A DNA stretch of 64,000 bases from Protoeuglena noctilucae. Taxonomy: Eukaryota. The DNA lies in assembly GCA_958009085.1 (NCBI GenBank), contig OY253683.1, positions 124,001 to 188,000 on the forward strand. Direction: 5' to 3'. Made by a program: the position numbers and the translations under genes. Below the pieces are notes generated by a model that did no database searches, had not been told where the DNA came from, and worked only from the letters and a program-made list of their open reading frames with translations. Numbering within the stretch: position 1 is the stretch's first letter; every line of letters starts with the position of its first letter. This document shows positions 24,384 through 36,613 of the stretch, piece by piece.

Positions 24384-26920
24384 ATGCGCCGACTGCGAGC
24401 ATCGGGGTCCCGCGCTCCGTCGCTGGCCGCCCTTCGTCCCATGGGTGCGGTTGGGAATGTCGTCTGGGAGCGCCTTCCAGCACATCCCGGCGGGACGTGG
24501 CCACATCCACAGTACATGTTCCGCATCGAGTCCTCTGCCCCTGCACGGGGGCCCTGGAATCCCTCGATGCGACCTCGCAACTGCCGGCCGTGGGGACGCA
24601 GGTCCGGCGGAGCGCGTCCATCGACGCCCCGCCCAACGCGCCCCCCGTATGTCGGGAGGATCTCTTGGCCTTCATGAGATCGGGGTGCAAGACCAGGGAC
24701 AAGTGGCGCATCGGGACCGAGCACGAGAAGGTGGGCCGCTGGGCAGCCCCACCCCCCTCGAAGGCCGCGGCGGGCGCTATATCGCCGCGAGGGCCACAGC
24801 GCTGAGAGAATGAGACACTGTGCGTCGGATCGCGCCCTTCTAGGGGCGCCCGCGTCGCACCAGCCGCGCGGGCAGGCACATCTCTCTCCCCGGATGCGAG
24901 CGCGACTGCTCCGGCCGGCGCCGCGCTCGCAGCTGGGTTTCGACCTCAGGACCAAGCGACGGCTGAATTATGACCAAATCAAGGCGCTGCTGGAGGGGCT
25001 GGTGAACCGCTTCGGGTGGCAGCCAGTGATGGAGGGCGGCAACATCATCGCATGCAAGCTGGACGGGCAGAGCGTGACGCTGGTGGGTCGCGCGGAGACT
25101 CTGGTTGACGAGCCGAAATGTCCTGCTTGCGCTGCATCACGCGCGCCCGCCCCGCGGCCGCAGGAGCCCGGCGGGCAGTTTGAGCTGTCGGGGGCGCCGC
25201 TCGAGTCGCTGCACCTGACGTGTGCGGAGGTGAACAGCCACCTCTACCAGGTCAAGACGCTGGCGAAGGACATGGGCATCGGGTTCATGGGCGTCGGCTT
25301 CGATCCCGTGGTGCGGCACGGGCGGTGCGAGGGGCGGCGTCGCGTCTTGGTTCGCTGTGCGGCAGGCTGACGCGCCCGTGCGGCGCCGCGCTCGCAGTGG
25401 GACCTCCCCGACGTGCCCGTGATGCCCAAGGAACGTTACCGCATCATGAGGAACTACATGCCCACCAAAGGGTCCCTGGGCCTGGACATGATGTTCCGCA
25501 GCACCACCATCCAGGCAAGCCATGCCGCGTGCCCAGGACTCGTCTGCAGTATGCTCTGCATCTCTGGGAACGACGCCGGGGTCGCTGACGGGGCCGCTAC
25601 GGCCCTGCAGCTGTGCAGTCATGGAGACGGGCAGATGGTTGTGTTGCTAAGCCTGAGAGGCGCGGTACCTCGATCTCTGCCTCCCCGTGCCCTGCAGGTG
25701 AACCTGGACTTCGAGTCGGAGCAGGACATGATCGAGAAGATGCGCGTGGGGCTGGCCCTGCAGCCCATCGCCACGGCGCTCTTCGCCAACTCGCCCTTCC
25801 GCAACGGCAAGGACAGCGGGTACCTCTCCTGGAGGCAGCACGTGTGGCAGGACACGGACCCGGACCGGTGCGGGAACCTGCCGTTCGTCTTTGACCAGGA
25901 CTTCACCTTTGAGCGGTGCGTGGGTGGGTGTGTGTCACCCAAGCAGCGCCGCACCCTGCTGCGCCCTGCTGCACCCGGCCCCGCGCTCACGGCGGCCGCT
26001 TGCCCGCCCGCAGCTACGTCGATTACGCCCTGAATGTTCCCATGTACTTCATCTACCGCGACGGCAAGCTGATCGAGGCGACGGGGCAGACGTTTGGGGA
26101 CTTTCTGGAGGGGCGGCACAAGGCGCTGCCGGGGGAGCGGCCCAACATCACCGACTGGGAGAACCACCTGACGACCATCTTCCCGGACGTCCGGCTGAAG
26201 AGGCGAGCGAGCGGAGTTGGCATCATTGACGGGTCCGACCATGCGCGGCACACCGGATGGCCCGCGACTTGCATGAGTGTATGGTGTCCACGGCTGGCCA
26301 GGGCTCTGTTCCTGACACGCGCATGCCTTTCTCGCCGCCGCCCGCAGGTTCATCGAGATGCGCGGGTCGGACGGCGGGCCCTGGCGCAACATCTGCGCCT
26401 TACCGGCGCTGTGGGTGGGGCTGCTGTACGACGAGCAGGCGCAGCGCGACGCCCTGGACTTCATCCAGGACTGGACGCAGGTGCGGTTGGAGGGCTGGAG
26501 CGGGGAATGGCTAGTGCACTCTGCAACAGAGGCCGTTGTGACGGTGGGCGTCGTGCTGCGTGGCTGCAGGAGGAGCGGGACTACCTGCAGCGCGAGGTGC
26601 CGCGCACGGCTTTGAAGACGCCTTTCCGGGACGGGACGGTGCTGGACGTGGCGCGGGAGGTGGTGCAGATTTCGCGAAGGGGCCTGATGAACCGAGGGCG
26701 GAACGAGGAGGTGTTCCTCGGGTGAGCGGGCGCGGAGCCGCGAGCGCACAACTGCAAGCGGAGCTACTTGGTCTGGCCTCATCGACGTAAGCCTTTTCCG
26801 CGCAGGTCGCTGGAGAAGACCTGCAAGCTCGGCAAGTGCCCGGCAGAGCTCTTGCTCGAACGATTCGACACCGAGTGGGGCAAGTCGCTCGACCCTCTGT
26901 ACTCGGAGATGATTTACTGA
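24384..26920 (+). CDS. GSH1: Glutamate-cysteine ligase, plant/plastid type
   Basis: Motifs are [60 protein letters not shown] and [28 protein letters not shown]. The protein ends YSEMIY* at 26920. The start is tentative. Confidence 0.96.
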
Positions 26921-27250
26921 GCAGCAGCGGACGGCACTGCGCGGAGATCGCGCAGGTCACTCCCTTAGCGCCGCGTAAGTGCGGGTCTCTTACACCCCGG
27001 CCCCCGGCCCAAATGCAGCACGCAGGCCGCCTGGCCTGGCGCTCCACGCCGCGCGTTTTGACATAGGAGCAGCGTAGAGAGAATAGGCGAGTCTCGTGCC
27101 ATCCGTTTGGCGGGCATTTTTGGGGTAGCGATGAAACTGCAAGTCCAGGAGCACGTTTCTTGTGATTGGCCGTTGTGCGCACTCACAGTCCCTGCGTCGT
27201 GACCCCGTCGTGGACATCGCGGCGTGGGACCCACACCGCTGTGCGCGCCA

Positions 27251-29126
27251 ATGCAGTGGCGAAGGGCTTGGCGGCTAGCGCTGCAGGGGCGAGCCTGGGA
27301 AGGGTCGCGATGTGGCTGTGAGGTCGACAGGGTGCCGCAGCGGCAAGGGAGATGGCACTCGGGGCGAGATTGCTCGAGCACAACCGGGTTCGTCAAGTGC
27401 CCCGCCGCGGCTCGGAGCGATCTCGGATGCGCCGCTCTCTGCGCCCCACGTGCAGCTGTTCTCACGAGCATGGAGACAAGCATGGCAAACGGAAGCTCCC
27501 GGACGACGGGAGGACGCTGGGCGACTTCCTGCGCCTGTCGCGTGCCGGGGTCGCGCAGCAGCAGCCCGTGATGAATCCGAAGCCCGTGCCGGGCGTCGAG
27601 AGAGTCGTGGCCGTGGCGTCAGGTAGCGGCCTGGCTCTCCTGTGCTCCATATCGCGCTGGCGCGCAGGACACACGCTTGCATCGCGTGCGTCGCTCCCTG
27701 CCCGCGCCGCGATGAGGTTCCGCACGCACCCTGGCCGCAGGGAAGGGCGGAGTGGGCAAATCTACCATCGCAGCCAACCTGGCGGTGGCTCTGGCGCAGC
27801 GGGGCTTGCGCGTGGGGCTCATGGATGCCGATGTGCACGGTCCCTCTCTCCCCATCCTCATGGGCATTCCCTGGGACGTCCGCCCGGACGCAGACGAGCA
27901 GGTTAGGGTGGTTAAAGTGCTGGCGGGGCAAGCAAGGCCGGAGAGCTTCTGCACTTGCTGTTGATGCGCACACGCTGTGTCGTGTGGCCGCTGGTCATGC
28001 GTACCACCCTTACCAAAGGTCTACCAAGGGTGGTGCTTGTGCTGCCGCGCGCAGAACCGCATCGTGCCCATCTTCGCGCACGGCGTGGCCTGCGTGAGCG
28101 TGGGCCTGCTGGTGAGGCCGGAGCGCGCGGCCGTGTGGAGGGGACCGATGGTGTCATCGGCACTGGACAAGATGGCACGGGGGACGGCGTGGAAGGACCG
28201 GCAAGTGCTCATCGTCGATCTCCCGCCGGGCACGGGCGACGCACAGGCGAGGGGGCTGGGGGGGGGGGGGGGTGTCTGTGGGGGGTTGCGGTACGTGCGA
28301 TGGTGTGCCTGTGTCGATTGCACCATACCATCCGTTCCTTTGGCAATAGAGATATACTGTGAATGCCGTGCTCCCCTCATCACACCCGCAGTTGACGCTG
28401 AGCCAGCGCGTGCGCATTGACGGGGCGGTCGTGGTCTCCACCCCCCAGGACGTGGCGCTGGCAGACGCGAGGCGCGGGGTGGACATGTTCGGGAGAGTGG
28501 GGGTGCCGGTGGTGGGGCTGGTGGAAAACATGTCGCACTTCCAGGTGACTGGAGGGTACTACAGCACTCAGCTAAGGGTGTCGTGTGGTGGGGTTGGTGG
28601 TGCTGAGGGTGGTTGTTATCATAAGTACCAAGGGAGAGCCATTACCATTGGGTTACTAGTCTCCTACCCCAGTTAGGTTTGCCACCCCTGAGTGGCTGTG
28701 CCACGCATATCGCACGCTCTCACATCCCCACGCATCGCACCTCTCGTCTCTCTCTCTCTCTCTGCCCCAGTGCGCCAATTGCGGCCACGAGGACCACGTC
28801 TTCGGTCACGGCGGAGCGAGGATGGCGGCGAATGAGTTGGGGGTGCCCTTCCTGGGGGAGGTGCCCCTGCGTACTGACGTGCGTCTGGCGTCAGACAGGG
28901 GGATGCCGATCGTGCTGTCCGGTGAGGGAGATCGGAGTGATTAGCTAGCTGGGAGGATCGGGGTGTCGCGCAGTAGTGTGCGATCGTATTGTTGTTGTGG
29001 ATGGCATACTATGGTGCAACCATCGCACCGCCCTCTCTTTGTGACGCAGACCCGACTGGCAGTGCCGCCACGGCACTGCGAGGCATCGCAGACAAAGTGG
29101 CAGAGACGCTGAGACTGGGACAATGA
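27251..29126 (+). CDS. NUBPL: Mrp/NBP35 family Fe-S cluster carrier ATPase, IND1/NUBPL type
   Basis: Motifs are [52 protein letters not shown] and ENMSHFQ|CANCGH (CxxC), with TGA at 29124-29126. An alternative start is ATG 27352. Confidence 0.9.
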
Positions 29127-29333
29127 TGGGGCTGAGTAGACGTTAACGATTTGAATTATGAATGGCAGCGACAGCTCGCTTGAACCACGCTTACAATTGC
29201 TTTGCCACCACCCCTCCCCATCTCCCCCACCGCCACCCACACCACCACCACCCCCAACCCCTGCTGTCACTCACTCCCACCCCACCTCTACCATACCCCA
29301 CCTCCTTGCCCCACCCCAACCCCCCTCACTCCC

Positions 29334-32300
29334 TCACTCCTCCCCCTCTCCCCCCCTCTTCCCCGCCCTCTTGCTCGCCCTCTGTGCCTTTTGCAGCGCC
29401 TGCATCCCAGGCATCGACAGCTTGGCGTTGGCCACCTGGCAGGCAGCTATCAGCTCCGTTTCTCCGTTTCTGGCATGGCGCGGATGAGGTCACGCTCCCG
29501 GGCGCCGGCGCCGGAGTTGAGAGAGGGAGTGAGTGAGTGAGAGAGAGAGAGAGAGAGAGATGCTTGACAGCCTTCCCCTTCTTGAGGCTTGAGGCTCCCC
29601 GGCGTCACTTTGATCTTGTACTTGTAGTTCACCAAGGCAGAGTAGGGGCCGCAGACGGGCACGGCAAACATCAGCACATCACCCGACTGGGGGGGAGGGG
29701 GGAGAGCGGGGTGGGGGTGAGAGGTGATGAGATGTGAGAAGTGGCACGAGGGAGAGAGGTGGGGTGAGACGATATGAAGAGGTGGGCGGCACAGGGCACG
29801 AGACTAGGCTCTATTCAAATGCAACCCCACCCATCTTACTCATCCCACCCCCACTGAGCCCACCTTGGGTATGCCCGTGAGTGCGTCCAGTTGCGTCAGT
29901 TGTGCCTTCTCCTCCTCCCCCAGCTCCGTGATGCCCTCCTCCTCCAACAGACGGGCCGTCTAAGGAGGGGGGGAGGGGGAGGGTGACATGCGTCGTCAAT
30001 ACATGTTGTTGCTAGTCACTAATAGATGGGAGAGACGCCAGACACACACCGTTACGCCTCTCGGCATGGATATCCCGAAAGCATGAGGCACGCAATGTCA
30101 ACGCGTGGTGCTACTTCTCGATTTCAGTAGTAGGCAAGAGCATAACATGACGCTACCACCAGACGTGTAACACAACACTGTTGCCTCCTCTTAATTCTCT
30201 CCCACCACCCCCGCCCCACCACCCCTCACGTCCTCCGCCTCCCTCCTCTCCTCTCCCTCTCCCTCTCCCTCTCACCCCATTACCCCATCCAATCCACCAC
30301 CACCACCACCCCAACCCCACCCCCCCTCACCTCCTCCGCCTCCCTCCTCTCCCTCTCTCACCAACCCCATCACCCCCACCCCCCTCACCCCATCTCTACC
30401 TCTCACCTCTTCCGCCTCCCTCCTCTCCCTCTCTTTCCTCTCCCTCCTCACATCCGCCCGGCTCCTGCCCCCCTTCCCACCCACCCCCTCCACCCACTCC
30501 CCACGCTCCTTCTTCTCACGCACCCAGGCAGGCTCCTCATGGCCCGTCCTGCGAATGGTGAACAGTAAGTAGAATGTGAGTATTGTTAATAATATTGAAT
30601 GCAATGTTCGTGTGCTTTGTGCAAGGCAAGCAACCATGACTCCCCACCACCACCGATGCCACCCACATCACCACCACACACTACCACCCTCACCCTAACG
30701 ACACCATCACACCCCCATCACCCCACCCAGGCTCTCACCTCAGCCCCGCCTCTTCCGCCGCCCTCTTCACCTCCTCCTCCGTCACCCTCACACATCACCC
30801 CATCACATCCACTCGCTACCACCCTCACTGCCACCCTCACCCACCATATATCCAGTATCACCCATATCACGCCCTCACCTCAACCCGGCTTCTTCAGCAG
30901 CTCTCTTCACCTCCTCCTCCGTCACCCTCACCCCCGCCCTCCCCTCCCTCTCCAATCTGTCCAATTTACGACGCTGCATGCGCTCCTTGCGCTCCTCCCT
31001 CTTCTGGTCTCGGTCCTTCTTGTGGCCCTGGGGGGGTTTGTATTAAAAGCAACTGCATCGCCAACTCAACACCACAAACACTCTCACAATCACTCTTACT
31101 ATCACTCTATCACCATCACCATCACTCTCACCTGGCTCCCCAGCAGCTGCNNNNNNNNNNNNNNNNNNNNNNNNNNNNNNNNNNNNNNNNNNNNNNNNNN
31201 NNNNNNNNNNNNNNNNNNNNNNNNNNNNNNNNNNNNNNNNNNNNNNNNNNNNNNNNNNNNNNNNNNNNNNNNNNNNNNNNNNNNNNNNNNNNNNNNNNNN
31301 NNNNNNNNNNNNNNNNNNNNNNNNNNNNNNNNNNNNNNNNNNNNNNNNNNCCCATACACCCCCTCACCTGCACCTTGAGCCTCCTGGCTCCCCCCCCGTC
31401 GCTGTTCCTGTCGCTGCTGCCAGAGTCGCTGCCAGAATCGTCCCCGTCCACCGACGCTTCAATTCCTCGGTGGGGTCGGGCAGCAGCAGCGTCACACGAT
31501 TGGAGCTGAGATGGAGGTCGTGGATCAGAGCAGCCACTGCGACGGGGGGTTACAATGGGTGGTTGAGATGAGGGCAGTTGATGCGATAAGAGATGGTGGT
31601 GGTTGTTTGATGTAAGGGCAGCCAATGCGATTGGAACTCAAATGGAGGTCGTGGATCAGAGCGGCCACTGCGATGAGAGATGGGGTGGTTGTGGTGGTTT
31701 GATGTGAGGGCAGTCGAGGCGATGCAGAGGTGGGATGGAGATGGCAAGTGAAGGCCAAAGTCACAGTTCACCCCACCACTCCACTAGCCGCTCCATCACT
31801 CCACAACTCCACCCATCCCCCCACCCCACCACTCGCCCGGGTTCCCCGCCCTCTTCTCATCTCAAGTAACCGAACGACACATCAGAGGTTAACAACACCA
31901 CAACTCCGCCAATCTCTCACCCGGGTTCCCCGCCCTCTTCTCGTCCCCGATCATCCTCCTCAGGTCTTCCCAGTCCATCCCCGACGCCAACGCCTGGTTG
32001 ACGGCTGCGATGGCCGCGTCTACCTGAGTCAAGCTGCACTCGATCGCCAAGGCGTGACTGGGGGGGAGGGAGAGGGGTGGGGGTTAGTGGGCATGAGAAG
32101 AGCAAGGTGGGAGGTGGTGGGGTGATGGGGATGAGGTGTGAGTCAGGCTGCACTCGATCGCCAAAGCGTGACTGGGGGGGGAGGGAGAGGGTGGGGGGTG
32201 GTGGGGTAGTGGGGGTGACGGTGCGTGATTGCTTGTGTTGTTTTCCTGGTACTGAGTAGCTTTACCGCAGTCACACCACCACCACCACACCAATCACTGC

Positions 32301-34359
32301 CCACCCCATCTACCACCACCCATCACTCACCGGCTCGCCCCCTCCGCCTCCTCCCTCAGCGCCCGCACGTCCACACTCACTCACTCCCTCACCTGCTCAC
32401 TCACTCACACGTTCACTACCCCATTCATGGATCACTCACCGGCTCGCCCCCTCCGCCTCCTCCCTCAGCGCCCGCGCCCGGTCCCCCTGGTCCTCCCGGA
32501 TCCGCTCCAGTTTCGCCAACACCGCACGCTCCCTCTGCCGCCGCTCCGCCTCCGCCCTCTGCTCGTCTAGCTTGCTAAAGTACTCGTCCAACGCGCGATC
32601 GAAGTCCCCCAGCTCCCACACCTCAGGCTCAGGTGCAGCGGGGGGGGTGGCGGTGGGAGCGTTCGCGCGACCGCGCTTGGCGGCAGCGGGTGGCCGGTTG
32701 AGCCTCAAAGGATCGACTTCGAGGAAAGTGACGAATGCATTTGATGGTGGGGGATTGGTGCCTGGCAGGGCAGGCGGGGGCGGGGCGGCGGGGTCGGCGG
32801 TAGGCGGTGGGGTTGCGGTGGTAGCAGCTGGGGTGAAAGTACTGAGGGTGTCTGTGGTATAGGCGATGTAGCCTCGGGGCATGGTGGTGGACAGCGCGTC
32901 GAGCCAGTCGTCCACGTCGGCCAGGGCGCGCGTCAGACTGGCAATTTCGCTTGCAGACAGGGGGTGGGTGTCGAGGGAGCGGGGGGGGTCGAGGGACGCT
33001 TCCTGGGGAAAGGAGAGGGGAGAGTGGGTGTTGGTATGTTGTGTAATAGTGCTTGGGAAGACGAGGGGTGGGTGTCGAGGACGCTTCCTGAGTGGGGAGG
33101 GAGAGGTGGGTTAGATGGGGTGAGAGAGAGAGATATAGCAGAGTGGCTGAGGTAGAAATAAGAATACTCACTCAGTCAACACAATGAACCAATCAACACC
33201 CCACTCAGAGACTCACCCGTATGCAGTTGTCGACAAACGCAGGTCCCCACGGCAGCACCCGCGCCACTGCCCCTCGGAGACTCAGCCCCCCGAACCCAGA
33301 GCCGCCCGCGCCCTTGCCGCGATCCTTCCCCGCAGCGCTCGCCGTGCCCGCAGCCGCGTCGGTGTCTGCCTGGGAGGCAGCATCGGGTGCGGGTGCAGGT
33401 GCGGGCTGCAGTGCGGCGGCCAGGGCTTCCGGGGTCACTCGCTCCCGGAACCTGCGAATAGATAACAGAAAGCGATTTTATTGCAATTAACGCGCTGCTG
33501 TGGAGATTTCCGGTCGTCTTGCTTGGCGCAGTTGTGCCACTGCAGCCAACTTGGCTCGCCACCGCAACGCAACGCACACCATACCTGCCGACGTGGATGG
33601 GGTACGGCTGCTTGGGCATGAAGGCGGTGCCCGTGCGCTCGTCCTTGAAGGTCCGCAGCAGCACGAGGATCTCGTATTTATAGTCCGTGAGCACGATGTT
33701 GCCGTGCGAGTAGAGCTCGAGGATCAAGTGGTGCGCCTGGTCGCCGGTGCCAAAAGTGAAGACGCAGACGCGGTCCACGCCCAGCTGCCGCACGTCCTCC
33801 ATCCGCCGCGTGCGGATGTGCTTGCGAAGCTTCAGCGTGAAGTTGCTCGGATGGTCCGGGGCGTTGCGGGCGTACAGGCTCGTGTGGAAGCGCACGCCCG
33901 ATTCGAGCAGAAGGAAAACCTTTTCCGCCTCCTTGCTCGCATCTGGGAGGGGCAGAAGACACACGGAGCGTTCACTGCGTACTGGGTTGAAGAAACACCT
34001 TCTCGTCGCCACCCGCGAGGGCCGAACGTGACTCGCCTCCGCCAGCCGAGCGAGAGAGCTTGATCTGGTACGTCTTGGCATTGAGGTCGTACACTGCGGC
34101 GGGAGAACCGAGGGGTCGCGGCTCGACGAGGCTCGCGTGAATGCAACCCGTGGAAAGCACCCGTTTATTCATGGCACGCAAAGCACTAGGACGAGGCCTT
34201 CTCTCTGTAACCTGTCCACATAATATGTCTCCTTCCGCGACTGTGAACGAACGCGCCATCGCGTCCCTCACCGTTCGCCACACGCATCCCGATCAGCTTC
34301 TGCCTGAGGCACGCCACCTCCCCCGCCACGTCGGCGGTCGTCATGCGCTGCTTCACCAT
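29334..34359 (-). CDS. NEMF: Ribosome quality-control subunit NEMF/RQC2; spans a gap and has apparent frameshifts near the 3' end
   Basis: It starts MVKQRMTTADVAGEVACLRQKLIGMRVAN|VYDL. Further motifs are LLESGVRFH, PSNFTLKLRKHIRTRR, HHLILELYSHGNIVLTD, FDRALDEYFSKL, ALASGMDWEDL and the C-terminal AVPVCGPYSALVNYKYKIKVTPG. Confidence 0.92.
29539..29560. repeat. (GA)n microsatellite preceded by (GAGT)3
   Basis: Directly visible in the 3' part of NEMF. Confidence 0.95.
31151..31350. other. Assembly gap (200 N); probably hides the central NEMF exons
   Basis: Run of N. The expected central NFACT-R RNA-binding segment of NEMF is not visible on either side. Confidence 0.95.
32322..32475. repeat. Identical 45-bp direct repeat: a NEMF exon end plus splice donor duplicated into the intron
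   Basis: atcactcaccggctcgccccctccgcctcctccctcagcgcccgc occurs at 32322-32366 and at 32431-32475. Confidence 0.95.
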
Positions 34360-34632
34360 CTGCCTTTGCTCAACCGACAGACCGCCGCGGCGGGGCTGAC
34401 GAAGCCCTGGAATCAGCTCCTAGCTCGTTGCCGCTGTTCGCAATGTCAACGACAAGGCTTCTCCTCTCAACGGCTCGACCGCGGAGCCCGCGATCATAGT
34501 CGCAACATCCCTGCCCGTGATTGGATTTCAACCACCTAGTAGCCTAGTAGTCTCTGGCACCTGGCGGCGTCGGCGACGCAACAGTAAGCACCGCGCGCCC
34601 AGTCACAGCCACTTATACTAGCTGGCATATAT

Positions 34633-36613
34633 TCACATGTCCTCGTCCTCTTCCTCGGACCTCCGGGCACCCCCCGGGTCGGCCTTGGTGAGCGCGTGCT
34701 TCAGGCGCCAGTACCTGACGTACCACGCCCGCAGGCTCTCCTTCTCGGCTTTGGTTGCCTTGCGCCCCATCTGCTGAATGAACTCCTTGTCCACCCCCTT
34801 CAGCTCCACCTGCGGGGTCAGACGAGGTAGTGGATGCACACAGTGGGAATGAACTCATTTGTCCACCCCTTGAGCTCCACCTGTGCAGGGTCATGGTGTC
34901 GCAGGCGTGGGCGTGGGTACACACAGTGTGTCTGCCTGTTGAGCACCCAAGACAGGCACACGAAGGCGTCAGTACGCTACGTGCAGGCATCGGTATATTA
35001 TCACCCACACCCACGCCCTGAAATGGGCGCACCTTGAGCTCGTGCTTCTCGGCCTGGATCTCCGGCACAGTCATGGACGCCACGGGCGGGCGAGTCAGGA
35101 AGTCCTCCCTCAAACTGAAGGCCAGGCCGGCCACCAGCACGGTGCGCTGGGGGTGCCGGGCGGCCGCGGGAGGGGCGGCTGCCGGTGTCCCCGCGGCCCC
35201 GCGCTCTTTGAGGCTCTGGTACGCGCTGGCGTAGCCCCCGTGGGAGGACCGGGGCCGCTGGGCCTGGAGAGCAGCGGCAGTGGCGGGGCCTGCGCTTGTC
35301 GTGGTGGTCGCTGCCTGCGCCGACCCCGGTCGGACCTCGGCGGCCGTGCCTGGCTCTGCCGCGCGGTCGGTCCCCATGAACCGCCCCTCGATGAGCAGGC
35401 GGAGGCATTGCTCGGATGCCGACTCGGTGCGCGTGGATGGGCTGCTGGCGCCGCTCGACGAGAAAGACAGGGCGAAGAAGGAAGCTGCGGAGAGAGAGGG
35501 GTAAGGGGTGCGGCATGGTACCCTTAGAGGGTGTTGCTACTGCTACTATCTGTATGCCGTCTTGTCCGAGTCTCTGCATGTCACGTGGGGCGTGGCCAGG
35601 CCATATGCGCGATGGCCGTGAGCAAGGCCGCCTCGCTCTCTCACCGACGACCTGGTCGGACTCGTCCCAGAGATCGTCGGGGATGGTGCCGGGCTTGACG
35701 GGGGACGAGCAGGACGCGAGGAGGAGGGGCTGGGCGTCGCCGTGGAAGTGCGGGGGCACGAGGGACGTGACCCCGCGGGGCGGCGTGCGGGGCGAGTGGG
35801 GGCTGAGGGGCGGGGTGGCCGAGACGGCGTGGACGCGGCTGAGGGGCGACCCGGGCGCCGGCAGAGCCACGCGCCTCGGCGACGCGGGCTCGTCGGGCGC
35901 GGCCCCGGCCCCGGAGGCGTCCGCGCGCGAGCCCTTGACGGAGGCGAGGCTGACGAGGCCCACGGACCGGCCCCCGTCGATGGCGGCGGCATCCGCGGGG
36001 CCTAGGTCCGGCAGCTGGTGCGGGGCGTGGAGGCCCCGGGGCGAGAAGGAGTCCTCCGGCCGCAGCTGGGACCACCACTTGGCCTTGCCCTCCGAGGGAG
36101 CCCCCGCTGTCTGCGGCAGCGACCCCGTGCTCCGCCGCAAAGCCGCGTCCCCCGCCCCTGCAGGCGCACAGCCGCGGCCGACGTCAACACCGATGCTATG
36201 CATGCGTGCAGGACCCTGCAACCCTGCTCGCGCTCACGCGGCCACAAGCACTGCACACGCGCCGGCACCCTGCAATCCACCCTGTAACGCAAACCCCACT
36301 CGCGCTCGCGCCCCGGCTCACCCTGGCTGTCCGCGGACGCCTTCCCGCCCCTCGCACCCAGCCCGGCGTCGAAAGATGCCGAGACGTCCAGCGTCACCCC
36401 GACCGGTCGACCCCCTGAGGACCGCCTCTCCCCCTGGTTGCTATGGTTAGAGGACCCCGACTCGCGCCACGACCGGAAGATGGTACTCCCGCCGCCCTTC
36501 TGCGTGTAGAGCTTCTTGGAATCTGGGGAGTTGACCGAGATGTTGCCCAGTGCTGTGCCCGTGCCGGTCTTGGCCGCGCCGGCCTTGTGCCCGTCGACGC
36601 GTAGCTCGGACAT
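34633..36613 (-). CDS. Low-complexity protein with a C-terminal FAM13-like helical domain
   Basis: Spliced S/P/G/A-rich exons end in MTVPEIQAEKHELK|VELKGVDKEFIQQMGRKATKAEKESLRAWYVRYWRLKHAL. This resembles the recalled FAM13 C-terminal pattern EK..L+..L..F+..F....GR...K.++..+...Y..Y..LK. The 5' end is uncertain because an acceptor-like site precedes ATG 36613. Confidence 0.6.
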
